Positions 1-13,300 of a DNA stretch of 64,000 nt are shown in pieces. Both the position numbers and the translations under genes were made by a program. Source of the DNA: the human T2T-CHM13v2.0 reference genome, Homo sapiens. Each line of letters begins with the position of its first letter. Position 1 is the stretch's first letter. The notes below the pieces were generated by a model. That model was given only the letters and a program-made list of their open reading frames with translations, was not told the origin of the DNA and searched no databases. The stretch lies in NCBI RefSeq assembly GCF_009914755.1, contig NC_060925.1; one strand, given 5' to 3'.

Positions 1-801
1 TGCTAGAAAGAGAGGGTTTCAAAGCTGCTCTCTCAAAAGGAAAGTACAACTCTGCGAGTTGAATGCAAACATCACAAAGAAGTTCCTGAGCATGCTTCCG
101 TTTAGCTTTTATGGGAAGATTATCCCTTTTCCATCGGAATGTTCAAAGAGGTCCACATATCCGCTTGCAGATTCCACCGAAAGAGTGTTTCCAAACTGCT
201 GCATCAAAAGGAATCCTCAGCTCCGTGAGTTGAATGCAATCATCACCAAGAAGTTTCTGACAATGCTTCTCTCTAGTTTTTATGTGAAGATATTTCCTTA
301 TCAACCACAGGCCTGAAAGGGCTCCAAATGTCCACTTGGAGGCTCTACGAAAAGAATGTTTCAAAACTGCTCCATGAAAAGCAATGTTATACTCTGGGAG
401 TTGAACACAAGCCTCACAAAGGAGTTTCTGAGAATGCTTCTGTTTACTTTTTACGTGAGGATATTCCCGTTTCCAAAGAAGTCTTCACAGAGTTCCACCT
501 ATCCATTTGCAGATGCTAGCAAAAGAGAGTTTCAAAACTGCTCTATCAAAAGGAATGTTCAACTCTGTGAGTTGCATGCAATCATCACAGAGAAGTTTCT
601 GAGAAGGCTTCTGTCTAGATTTTATGTGAAGATATAGCCGTTTCGAACGAAGGCCACAAAGTGCTCCAAATATCCACTTGCAGCTCCTCCAAAAAGAGTG
701 TTTCAAACGTGAACTACCAAAGGAAGGCTCAACTCTGGACTTTGAATGCCAACGTCAGAAGGATGTTTCTGCGAAAGCTTCTGTTTAGTTAGGCGACGTT
801 A

Positions 802-818
802 TCCCGTTTCCAACGAAA
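802..818 (-). promoter_or_regulatory. CENP-B box (intact; representative of each left HOR copy)
   Basis: tcccgtttccaacgaaa is the reverse complement of TTTCGTTGGAAACGGGA. Confidence 0.9.
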
Positions 819-1137
819 TCCTCAGAGAGGTCCAAATATCCACCTGCAGAGTCTACAAAAAGTGTGTTTCAAAACTGCTCCACCCAAAGGAATGTTCAGC
901 TCTGTGAGTTGAACTCAATCATCCCAAAGTATTTTCTGAGAATGCTTCTGTCCAGTTTTTACATGAAGCTGTTTCCTTTACTACCGTAGGCCTCAAAGCG
1001 TTCCAAATCTCCACTTGCAGATGCTACGAAAGGAGCGTTTCAACCTGAACTCACAAGGGAAGGTTCACCTCTGTCAGTTGAATGTCAACATCACAAAGAA
1101 GTTCTGAGAATGTTCCTCTTCAGTTATGTGAGGTTTA

Positions 1138-1154
1138 TCCCGTTTCCAACGAAA
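1138..1154 (-). promoter_or_regulatory. CENP-B box (intact; representative)
   Basis: tcccgtttccaacgaaa. Confidence 0.9.
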
Positions 1155-1475
1155 TTCTCAGAGAAGTCCCAATATCCACTTGCATATTCTACAAAACGTG
1201 TGTTTTGAAAATGCTCCATCAAAAGACCTGCTCAGCTCTGTGAGTTAAACTCAATCATCGCAAAGAATTTTCTGAGAATGCTTCTGTCTTGTTTTTAGAT
1301 GAAGTTCTTTCCTTTACTACGACAGGCCTCAAAGAGGTCCAAATCTCCACTTGCAGATTCTGCAGAAGGAGTGTTTCAAACCTGAACCGTCAGAGAAAGG
1401 TTCAACACTGTGAGTTGAATGCAAGCATCACGAAGAAGGTTCTGAGAATGCTTCTGTTTACGTAGGTGAGTTCTC

Positions 1476-1492
1476 TCCCGTATCCAACGAAA
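1476..1492 (-). promoter_or_regulatory. CENP-B box variant with intact core (representative)
   Basis: tcccgtatccaacgaaa is the reverse complement of TTTCGTTGGATACGGGA, which keeps the TTCG-n4-A-n2-CGGG core. Confidence 0.8.
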
Positions 1493-4399
1493 TCCTCAGA
1501 GCGGTCCGAATCTCCACTTGCAGATTCTACACAAAGTGTGTTTGGAAACTGCTCCATCCAAAGGAATGTTCAGCTCCGTGAGTTGAACTCAATCGTCACA
1601 AAGTGTTTCCTGGGAATGCTACTGTCTCGTTTTTATGTGCAGTTATATCCTCTACTGCCATAGGCCTCAAAGCGGTCCAAATCTCCCCTTTCAGATTCTA
1701 CCAAAAGTGTGTTTCCAAACGGCTCCATCAAAGAGAATATTCAGCTCGGTGACTTGAAAGCAATCATCACAAAGCAGCTTCTGAGAATGCTTCCATGTAG
1801 CTTTGATGAGAAGATATTTCCTTTTCCACCCCAGGACTCGAAGCCCTCCAAATGTCCCCTTGCAGATGCTAGAAAGAGAGGGTTTCAAAGCTGCTCTATC
1901 AAAAGGAAAGTACAACTCTGCGAGTTGAATGCAAACATCACAAAGAAGTTCCTGAGCATGCTTCCGTTTAGCTTTTACGGGAAGATTATCCCTTTTCCAT
2001 CGCAATGTTCAAAGAGGTCCACATATCCGCTTGCAGATTCCACCGAAAGAGTGTTTCCAACCTGCTGCATCAAAAGGAATCCTCAGCTCCGTGAGTTGAA
2101 TGCAATCATCACCAAGAAGTTTCTGACAATGCTTCTCTCTAGTTTTTATGTGAAGATATTTCCTTATCCACCACAGGCCTGAAAGGGCTCCAAATGTCCA
2201 CTTGGAGGCTCTACGAAAAGAATGTTTCAAAACTGCTCCATGAAAAGCTATGTTATACTCTGGGAGTTGAACACAAGCCTCACAAAGGAGTTTCAGAGAA
2301 TGCTTCTGTTTACTTTTTACGTGAGGATATTCCCGTTTCCAAAGAAGTCTTCACAGAGTTCCACCTATCCATTTGCAGATGCTAGCAAAAGAGAGTTTCA
2401 AAACTGCTCTATCAAAAGGAATGTTCAACTCTGTGAATTGCATGCAATCATCACAGAGAAGTTTCTGAGAAGGCTTCTGTCTAGATTTTATGTGAAGATA
2501 TAGCCGTTTCGAATGAAGGCCACAAAGTGCTCCAAATATCCACTTGCAGGACTTCCAAAAAGAGTGTTTCAAACGTGAACTACCAAAGGAAGGCTCAACT
2601 CTGGACTTTGAATGCCAACGTCAGAAAGATGTTTCTGCGAAAACTTCTGTTTAGTTAGGCGACGTTATCTCGTTTCCAACGAAATCCTAGGAGAGGTCCA
2701 AATATCCACCAGCAGAGTCTGCAAAAAGTGTGTTTCAAAACTGCTCCACCCAAAGGAATGTTCAGCTCTGTGAGTTGAACTCAATCATCCCAAAGTATTT
2801 CCTGAGAATGCTTCTGTCCAGTTTTTACATGAGGCTGTTTCCTTTACTACCGTAGGCCTCAAAGCGTTCCAAATCTCCACTTGCAGATGCTACGAAAAGA
2901 GCGTTTCAACCTGAACTCACAAGGGAAGGTTCACCTCTGTCAGTTGAATGTCAACATCACAAAGAAGTTCTGAGAATGTTCCTCTTCAGTTATGTGAGGT
3001 TTATCCCGTTTCCAACGAAATTCTCAGAGAAGTCCCAATATCCACTTGCATATTATACAAAACGTGTGTTTTGAAAATGCTCCATCAAAAGACCTGCTCA
3101 GCTCTGTGAGTTAAACTCAATCATCGCAAAGAATTTTCTGAGAATGCTTCTGTCTTGTTTTTAGATGAAGTTCTTTCCTTTACTACGACAGGCTTCAAAG
3201 AGGTCCAAATCTCCACTTGCAGATTCTGCAGAAGGAGTGTTTCAAACCTGAACTGTCAGAGAAAGGTTCAACACTGTGAGTTGAATGCAAGCATCACGAA
3301 GAAGGTTCTGAGAATGCTTCCGTTTACGTAGGTGAGTTCTCTCCCGTATCCAATGAAATCCTCAGAGCGGTCCGAATCTCCACTTGCAGATTCTACACAA
3401 AGTGTGTTTGGAAACTGCTCCATCCAAAGGAATGTTCAGCTCCGTGAGGTGAACTCAATCGTCACAAAGTGTTTCCTGGGAATGCTACTGTCTCGTTTTT
3501 ATGTGCAGTTATATCCTCTACTGCCATAGGCCTCAAAGCGGTCCAAATCTCCCCTTTCAGATTCTACCAAAAGTGTGTTTCCCAACGGCTCCATCAAAGG
3601 GAATGTTCAGCTCGGTGACTTGAAAGCAATCATCACAAAGCAGCTTCTGAGAATGCTTCCATGTAGCTTTGATGAGAAGATATTTCCTTTTCCACCCCAG
3701 GCCTCGAAGCCCTCCAAATGTCCCCTTGCAGATGCTAGAAAGAGAGGGTTTGAAAGCTGCTCTATCAAAAGGAAAGTACAACTCTGCGAGTTGAATGCAA
3801 ACATCACAAAGAAGTTCCTGAGCATGCTTCAGTTTAGCTTTTATGGGAAGATTATCCCTTTTCCATCGCAATGTTCAAAGAGGTCCACATATCCGCTTGC
3901 AGATTCCACCGAAAGAGTGTTTCCAAACTGCTGCATCAAAAGGAATCCTCAGCTCCGTGAGTTGAATGCAATCATCACCAAGAAGTTTCTGACAATGCTT
4001 CTCTCTAGTTTTTATGTGAAGATATTTCCTTATCCACCACAGGCCTGAAAGGGCTCCAAATGTCCACATGGAGGCTCTACGAAAAGAATGTTTCAAAACT
4101 GCTCCATGAAAAGCAATGTTATACTCTGGGAGTTGAACACAAGCCTCACAAAGGAGTTTCTGAGAATGCTTCTGTTTACTTTTTACGTGAGGATATTCCC
4201 GTTTCCAAAGAAGTCTTCACAGAGTTCCACCTATCCATTTGCAGATGCTAGCAAAAGAGAGTTTCAAAACTGCTCTATCAAAAGGAATGTTCCACTCTGT
4301 GAGTTGCATGCAATCATCACAGAGAAGTTTCTGAGAAGGCTTCTGTCTAGATTTTATGTGAAGATATAGCCGTTTCGAACGAAGGCCACAAAGTGTTCC

Positions 4400-7300
4400 A
4401 AATATCCACTTGCAGGTCCTCCAAAAAGAGTGTTTCAAACGTGAACTACCAAAGGAAGGCTCAACTGTGGACTTTGAATGCCAACGTCAGAGAGATGTTC
4501 CTGCGAAAGCTTCTGTTTAGTTAGGCGACGTTATCCCGTTTCCAACGAAATCCTCAGAGAGGTCCAAATATCCACCAGCCGAGTCTACAAAAAGTGTGTT
4601 TCAAAACTGCTCCACCCAAAGGAATGTTCAGCTCTGTGAGTTGAACTCAATCATCCCAAAGTATTTTCTGAGAATGCTTCTGTCCAGTTTTTACATGAAG
4701 CTGTTTCCTTTACTACCGTAGGCCTCAAAGCGTTCCAAATCTCCACTTGCAGATGCTACGAAAAGAGTGTTTCAACCTGAACTCACAAGGGAAGGTTCAC
4801 CTCTGTCAGTTGAATGTCAACATCACAAAGAAGTTCTGAGAATGTTCCTCTTCAGTTATGTGAGGTTTATCCCGTTTCCAACGAAATTCTCAGAGAAGTC
4901 CCAATATCCACTTGCATATTCTACAAAACGTGTGTTTTGAAAATGCTCCATCAAAAGACCTGCTCAGCTCTGTGAGTTAAACTCAATCATCGCAAAGAAT
5001 TTTCTGAGAATGCTTCTGTCTTGTTTTTAGATGAAGTTCTTTCCTTTACTACGACAGGCCTCAAAGAGGTCCAAATCTCCACTTGCATTTTCTGCAGAAG
5101 GAGTGTTTCAAACCTGAACTGTCAGAGAAAGGTTCAACACTGTGAGTTGAATGCAAGCATCACGAAGAAGGTTCTGAGAATGCTTCCGTTTACGTAGGTG
5201 AGTTCTCTCCCGTATCCAACGAAATCCTCAGAGCGGTCCGAATCTCCACTTGCAGATTCTACACAAAGTGTGTTTGGAAACTGCTCCATCCAAAGGAATG
5301 TTCAGCTCCGTGAGTTGAACTCAATCGTCACAAAGTGTTTCCTGGGAATGCTACTGTCTCGTTTTTATGTGCAGTTATATCCTCTACTGCCATAGGCCTC
5401 AAAGCTGTCCAAATATCCCCTTTAGGATTCTACCAAAATTGTGTTTCCCAACGGCTCCATCAAAGGGAATGTTCAGCTCGGTGACTTGAAAGCAATCATC
5501 ACAAAGCAGCTTCTGAGAATGCTTCCATGTAGCTTTGATGAGAAGATATTTCCTTTTCCACCCCAGGCCTCGAAGCCCTCCAAATGTCCCCTTGCAGATG
5601 CTAGAAAGAGAGGGTTTCAAAGCTGCTCTATCAAAAGGAAAGTACAACTCTGCGAGTTGAATGCAAACATCACAAAGAAGTTCCTGAGCATGCTTCTGTT
5701 TAGCTTTTACGGGAAGATTATCCCTTTTCCATCAGAATGTTCAAAGAGGTCCACATATCCGCTTGCAGATTCCACCGAAAGAGTGTTTCCAAACTGCTGC
5801 ATCAAAAGGAATCCTCAGCTCCGTGAGTTGAATGCAATCATCACCAAGAGGATTCTGAGAATGCTTCTCTCTAGTTTTTATGTGAAGATATTTCCTTAAC
5901 CACCACAGGCCTGAAAGGGCTCCAAATGTCCACTTGGAGGCTCTATGAAAAGAATGTTTCAAAACTGCTCCATGAAAAGCAATGTTATACTCTGGGAGTT
6001 GAACACAAGCCTCACAAAGGAGTTTCTGAGATTGCTTCTGTTTACTTTTTACGTGAGGATATTCCCGTTTCCAAAGAAGTCTTCACAGAGTTCCACCTAT
6101 CCATTTGCAGATGCTAGCAAAAGAGAGTTTCAAAACTGCTCTATCAAAAGGAATGTTCAACTCTGTGAGTTGCATGCAATCATCACAGAGAAGTTTCTGA
6201 GAAGGCTTCTGTCTAGATTTTATGTGAAGATATAGCTGTTTCGAACGAAGACCACAATGTGCTCCAATATCCACTTGCAGGTCCTCCAAAAAGAGTGTTT
6301 CAAACGTGAACTACCAAAGGAAGGCTCAACTGTGGACTTTGAATGCCAACGTCAGAAAGATGTTTCTGCGAAAGCTTCTGTTTAGTTAGGTGACGTTATC
6401 CCGTTTCCAACGAAATCCTCAGAGAGGTCCAAATATCCACCAGCAGAGTCTACAAAAAGTGTGTTTCAAAACTGCTCCACCCAAAGGAATGTTCAGCTCT
6501 GTGAGTTGCATGCAATCATCACAGAGAAGTTTCTGAGAAGGCTTCTGTCTAGATTTTATGTGAAGATATAGCCTTTTCGAACGAAGGCCACAAAGTGCTC
6601 CAAATATCCACTTGCAGGTCCTCCAAAAAGAGTGTTTCAAACGTGAACTACCAAAGGAAGGCTCAACTCTGGAGTTTGAATGCCAACGTCGGAAAGATGT
6701 TTCTGCGAAAGCTTCTGTTTAGTTAGGCGACGTTATCCCGTTTCCAACGAAATCCTCAGAGAGGTCCAAATATCCACCTGCAGAGTCTACAAAAAGTGTG
6801 TTTCAAAACTGCTCCACCCAAAGGAATGTTCAGCTCTGTGAGTTGAACTCAATCATCCCAAAGTAGTTTCTGAGAATGCTTCTGTCCAGTTTTTACATGA
6901 AGCTGTTTCCTTTACTACCGTAGGCCTCAAAGCGTTCCAAATCTCCACTTGCAGATGCTACGAAAAGAGCGTTTCAACCTGAACTCACAAGGGAAGGTTC
7001 ACCTCTGTCAGTTGAATGTCAACATCACAAAGAAGTTCTGAGAATGTTCCTCTTCAGTTATGTGAGGTTTATCCCGTTTCCAACGAAATTCTCGGAGAAG
7101 TCCCAATATCCACTTGCATATACTACAAAACGTGTGTTTTGAAAATGCTCCATCAAAAGGCCTGCTCAGCTCTGTGAGTTAAACTCAATCATCGCAAAGA
7201 ATTTTCTGAGAATGCTTCTGTCTTGTTTTTAGATGAAGTTCTTTCCTTTACTACGACAGGCCTCAAAGAGGTCCAAATCTCCACTTGCAGATTCTGCAGA

Positions 7301-10300
7301 AGGAGTGTTTCAAACCTGAACTGTCAGAGAAAGGTTCAACACTGTGAGTTGAAGGCAAGCATCACGAAGAAGGTTCTGAGAATGCTTCCGTTTACATAGG
7401 TGAGTTCTCTCCCATATCCAACGAAATCCTCAGTGCGGTCCGAATCTCCACTTGCAGATTCTACACAAAGTGTGTTTGGAAACTGCTCCATCCAAAGCAA
7501 TGTTCAGCTCCGTGAGTTGAACTCTATCGTCACAAAGTGTTTCCTGGGAATGCTACTGTCTCGTTTTTATGTGCAGTTTTATCCTCTACTGCCATAGGCC
7601 TCAAAGCGGTCCAAATCTCCCCTTTCAGATTCTACCGAAAGTGTGTTTCCAAACGGCTCCATCAAAGGGAATGTTCAGCTCGGTGACTTGAAAGCAATCA
7701 TCACAAAGCAGCTTCTGAGAATGCTTCCATGTAGCTTTCATGAGAAGATATTTCCTTTTCCACCCCAGGCCTCGAAGCCCTCCAAATGTCCCCTTGCAGA
7801 TGCTAGAAAGAGAGGGTTTCAAAGCTGCTCTATCAAAAGGAAAGTACAACTCTGCGAGTTGAATGCAAACATCACAAAGAAGTTCCTGAGCATGCTTCCG
7901 TTTAGCTTTTACGGGAAGATTATCCCTTTTCCATCGGAATGTTCAAAGAGGTCTACATATCCGCTTGCAGATTCCACCGAAAGAGTGTTTCCAAACTGCT
8001 GCATCAAAAGGAATCCTCAGCTCCGTGAGTTGAATGCAATCATCACCAAGAAGTTTCTGAGAATGCTTCTCTCTAGTTTTTATGTGAAGATATTTCCTTA
8101 TCCACCACAGGCCTGAAAGCGCTCCAAATGTCCACTTGGAGGCTCTACGAAAAGAATGTTTCAAAACTGCTCCATGAAAAGCAATGTTATACTCTGGGAG
8201 TTGAACACAAGCCTCACAAAGGAGTTTCTGAGAATGCTTCTGTTTACTTTTTACGTGAGGATATTCCCGTTTCCAAAGAAGTCTTCACAGAGTTCCACCT
8301 ATCCATTTGCAGATGCTAGCAAAAGAGAGTTTCAAAACTGCTCTATCAAAAGGAATGTTCAACTCTGTGAGTTGCATGCAATCATCACAGAGAAGTTTCT
8401 GAGAAGGCTTCTGTCTAGATTTTATGTGAAGATATAGCCGTTTCGAACGAAGGCCACAAAGTGCTCCAATATCCACTTGCAGCTCCTCCAAAAAGAGTGT
8501 TTCAAACGTGAACTACCAAAGGAAGGCTCAACTGTGGACTTTGAATGCCAACGTCAGAAAGATGTTTCCGCGAAAGCCTCTGTTTAGTTAGGCGACGTTA
8601 TCCCATTTCCAACGAAATCCTCAGAGAGGTCCAAATATCCACCTGCAGAGTCTACAAAAAGTGTGTTTCAAAACTGCTCCACCCAAAGGAATGTTCAGCT
8701 CTGTGAGTTGAACTCAATCATCCCAAAGTATTTCCTGAGAATGCTTCTGTCCAGTTTTTACGTGAAGCTGTTTCCTTTACTACCGTAGGCCTCAAAGCGT
8801 TCCAAATCTCCACTTGCAGATGCTACGAAAAGAGCGTTTCAACCTGAACTCACAAGGGAAGGTTCACCTCTGTCAGTTGAATGTCAACATCACAAAGAAG
8901 TTCTGAGAATGTTCCTCTTCAGTAATGTGAGGTTTATCCCGTTTCCAACGAAATTCTCGGAGAAGTCCCAATATCCACTTGCATATTCTACAAAACGTGT
9001 GTTTTGAAAATGCTCCATCAAAAGACCTGCTCAGCTCTGTGAGTTAAACTCAATCATCGCAAAGAATTTTCTGAGAATGCTTCTGTCTTGTTTTTAGATG
9101 AAGTTCTTTCCTTTACTACGACAGGCCTCAAAGAGGTCCAAATCTCCACTTGCAGATTCTGCAGAAGGAGTGTTTCAAACCTGAACTGTCAGAGAAAGGT
9201 TCAACACTGTGAGTTGAATGCAAGCATCGCGAAGAAAGTTCTGAGAATGCTTCCGTTTACATAGGTGAGTTCTCTCCCGTATCCAACGAAATCCTCAGAG
9301 CGGTCCGAATCTCCACTTGCAGATTCTACACAAAGTGTGTTTGGAAACTGCTCCATCCAAAGGAATGTTCAGCTCCGTGAGTTGAACTCAATCGTCACAA
9401 AGTGTTTCCTGGGAATGCTACTGTCTCGTTTTTATGTGCAGTTATATCCTCTACTGCCATAGGCCTCAAAGCGGTCCAAATCTCCCCTTTCAGATTCTAC
9501 CAAAAGTGTGTTTCCAAACGGCTCCATCAAAGGGAATGTTCAGCTCGGTGACTTGAAAGCAATCATCACAAAGCAGCTTCTGACAATGCTTCCATGTAGC
9601 TTTGATGAGAAGATATTTCCTTTTCCACCCCAGGCCTCGAAGCCCTCCAAATGTCCCCTTGCAGATGCTAGAAAGAGAGGGTTTCAAAGCTGCTCTATCA
9701 AAAGGAAAGTACAACTCTGCGAGTTGAATGCAAACATCACAAAGAAGTTCCTGAGCATGCTTCCGTTTAGCTTTTACGGGAAGATTATCCCTTTTCCATC
9801 GGAATGTTCAAAGAGGTCCTCATATCCGCTTGCAGATTCCAACGAAAGAGTGTTTCCAAACTGCTGCATCAAAAGGAATCCTCAGCTCCGTGAGTTGAAT
9901 GCAATCATCACCAAGAAGTTTCTGAGAATGCTTCTCTCTAGTTTTTATGTGAAGATATTTCCTTATCCACCACAGGCCTGAAAGCGCTCCAAATGTCCAC
10001 TTGGAGGCTCTACGAAAAGAATGTTTCAAAACTGCTCCATGAAAAGCAATGTTATACTCTGGGAGTTGAACACAAGCCTCACAAAGGAGTTTCTGAGAAT
10101 GCTTCTGTTTACTTTTTACGTGAGGATATTCCCGTTTCCAAAGAAGTCTTCACAGAGTTCCACCTATCCATTTGCAGATGCTAGCAAAAGAGAGTTTCAA
10201 AACTGCTCTATCAAAAGGAATGTTCAACTCTGTGAGTTGCATGCAATCATCACAGAGAAGTTTCTGAGAAGGCTTCTGTCTAGATTTTATGTGAAGATAT

Positions 10301-13300
10301 AGCCGTTTCGAACGAAGGCCACAAAGTGCTCCAAATATCCACTTGCAGGTCCTCCAAAAAGAGTGTTTCAAACGTGAACTACCAAAGGAAGGCTCAACTG
10401 TGGACTTTGAATGCCAACGTCAGAGAGATGTTCCTGCGAAAGCTTCTGTTTAGTTAGGCGACGTTATCCCGTTTCCAACGAAATCCTCAGAGAGGTCCAA
10501 ATATCCACCAGCCGAGTCTACAAAAAGTGTGTTTCAAAACTGCTCCACCCAAAGGAATGTTCAGCTCTGTGAGTTGAACTCAATCATCCCAAAGTATTTT
10601 CTGAGAATGCTTCTGTCCAGTTTTTACATGAAGCTGTTTCCTTTACTACCGTAGGCCTCAAAGCGTTCCAAATCTCCACTTGCAGATGCTACGAAAAGAG
10701 TGTTTCAACCTGAACTCACAAGGGAAGGTTCACCTCTGTCAGTTGAATGTCAACATCACAAAGAAGTTCTGAGAATGTTCCTCTTCAGTTATGTGAGGTT
10801 TATCCCGTTTCCAACGAAATTCTCAGAGAAGTCCCAATATCCACTTGCATATTCTACAAAACGTGTGTTTTGAAAATGCTCCATCAAAAGACCTGCTCAG
10901 CTCTGTGAGTTAAACTCAATCATCGCAAAGAATTTTCTGAGAATGCTTCTGTCTTGTTTTTAGATGAAGTTCTTTCCTTTACTACGACAGGCCTCAAAGA
11001 CGTCCAAATCTCCACTTGCAGATTCTGCAGAAGGAGTGTTTCAAACCTGAACTGTCAGAGAAAGGTTCAACACTGTGAGTTGAATGCAAGCATCACGAAG
11101 AAGGTTCTGAGAATGCTTCCGTTTACGTAGGTGAGTTCTCTCCCGTATCCAACGAAATCCTCAGAGCGGTCCGAATCTCCACTTGCAGATTCTACACAAA
11201 GTGTGTTTGGAAACTGCTCCATCCAAAGGAATGTTCAGCTCTGTGAGTTGAACTCAATCGTCACAAAGTGTTTCCTGGGAATGCTACTGTCTCGTTTTTA
11301 TGTGCAGTTATATCCTCTACTGCCATAGGCCTCAAAGCTGTCCAAATATCCCCTTTAGGATTCTACCAAAATTGTGTTTCCCAACGGCTCCATCAAAGGG
11401 AATGTTCAGCTCGGTGACTTGAAAGCAATCATCACGAAGCAGCTTCTGAGAATGCTTCCATGTAGCTTTGATGAGAAGATATTTCCTTTTCCACCCCAGG
11501 CCTCGAAGCCCTCCAAATGTCCCCTTGCAGATGCTAGAAAGAGAGGGTTTCAAAGCTGCTCTATCAAAAGGAAAGTACAACTCTGCGAGTTGAATGCAAA
11601 CATCACAAAGAAGTTCCTGAGCATGCTTCTGTTTAGCTTTTACGGGAAGATTATCCCTTTTCCATCAGAATGTTCAAAGAGGTCCACATATCCGCTTGCA
11701 GATTCCACCGAAAGAGTGTTTCCAAACTGCTGCATCAAAAGGAATCCTCAGCTCCGTGAGTTGAATGCAATCATCACCAAGAGGATTCTGAGAATGCTTC
11801 TCTCTAGTTTTTATGTGAAGATATTTCCTTAACCACCACAGGCCTGAAAGGGCTCCAAATGTCCACTTGGAGGCTCTATGAAAAGAATGTTTCAAAACTG
11901 CTCCATGAAAAGCAATGTTATACTCTGGGAGTTGAACACAAGCCTCACAAAGGAGTTTCTGAGATTGCTTCTGTTTACTTTTTACGTGAGGATATTCCCG
12001 TTTCCAAAGAAGTCTTCACAGAGTTCCACCTATCCATTTGCAGATGCTAGCAAAAGAGAGTTTCAAAACTGCTCTATCAAAAGGAATGTTCAACTCTGTG
12101 AGTTGCATGCAATCATCACAGAGAAGTTTCTGAGAAGGCTTCTGTCTAGATTTTATGTGAAGATATAGCTGTTTCGAACGAAGACCACAATGTGCTCCAA
12201 TATCCACTTGCAGGTCCTCCAAAAAGAGTGTTTCAAACGTGAACTACCAAAGGAAGGCTCAACTGTGGACTTTGAATGCCAACGTCAGAAAGATGTTTCT
12301 GCGAAAGCTTCTGTTTAGTTAGGTGACGTTATCCCGTTTCCAACGAAATCCTCAGAGAGGTCCAAATATCCACCAGCAGAGTCTACAAAAAGTGTGTTTC
12401 AAAACTGCTCCACCCAAAGGAATGTTCAGCTCTGTGAGTTGAACTCAATCATCCCAAAGTATTTCCTGAGAATGCTTCTGTCCAGTTTTTACGTGAAGCT
12501 GTTTCCTTTACTACCGTAGGCCTCAAAGCGTTCCAAATCTCCACTTGCAGATGCTACGAAAAGAGCGTTTCAACCTGAACTCACAAGGGAAGGTTCACCA
12601 CTGTCAGTTGAATGTCAACATCACAAAGAAGTTCTGAGAATGTTCCTCTTCAGTTATGTGAGGTTTATCCCGTTTCCAACGAAATTCTCGGAGAAGTCCC
12701 AATATCCACTTGCATATACTACAAAACGTGTGTTTTGAAAATGCTCCATCAAAAGACCTGCTGAGCTCTGTGAGTTAAACTCAATCATCGCAAAGAATTT
12801 TCTGAGAATGCTTCTGTCTTGTTTTTAGATGAAGTTCTTTCCTTTACTACGACAGGCCTCAAAGAGGTCCAAATCTCCACTTGCAGATTCTGCAGAAGGA
12901 GTGTTTCAAACCTGAACTGTCAGAGAAAGGTTCAATACTGTGATTTGAAGGCAAGCATCACGAAGAAGGTTCTGAGAATGCTTCCGTTTACGTAGGTGAG
13001 TTCTCTCCCGTATCCAACGAAATCCTCAGAGCGGTCCGAATCTCCACTTGCAGATACTACACAAAGTGTGTTTGGAAACTGCTCCATCCAAAGGAATGTT
13101 CAGCTCCGTGAGTTGAACTCAATCGTCACAAAGTGTTTCCTGGGAATGCTACTGTCTCGTTTTTATGTGCAGTTATATCCTCTACTGCCATAGGCCTCAA
13201 AGCGGTCCAAATCTCCCCTTTCAGATTCTACCAAAAGTGTGTTTCCAAACGGCTCCATCAAAGGGAATGTTCAACTCGGTGACTTGAAAGCAATCATCAC

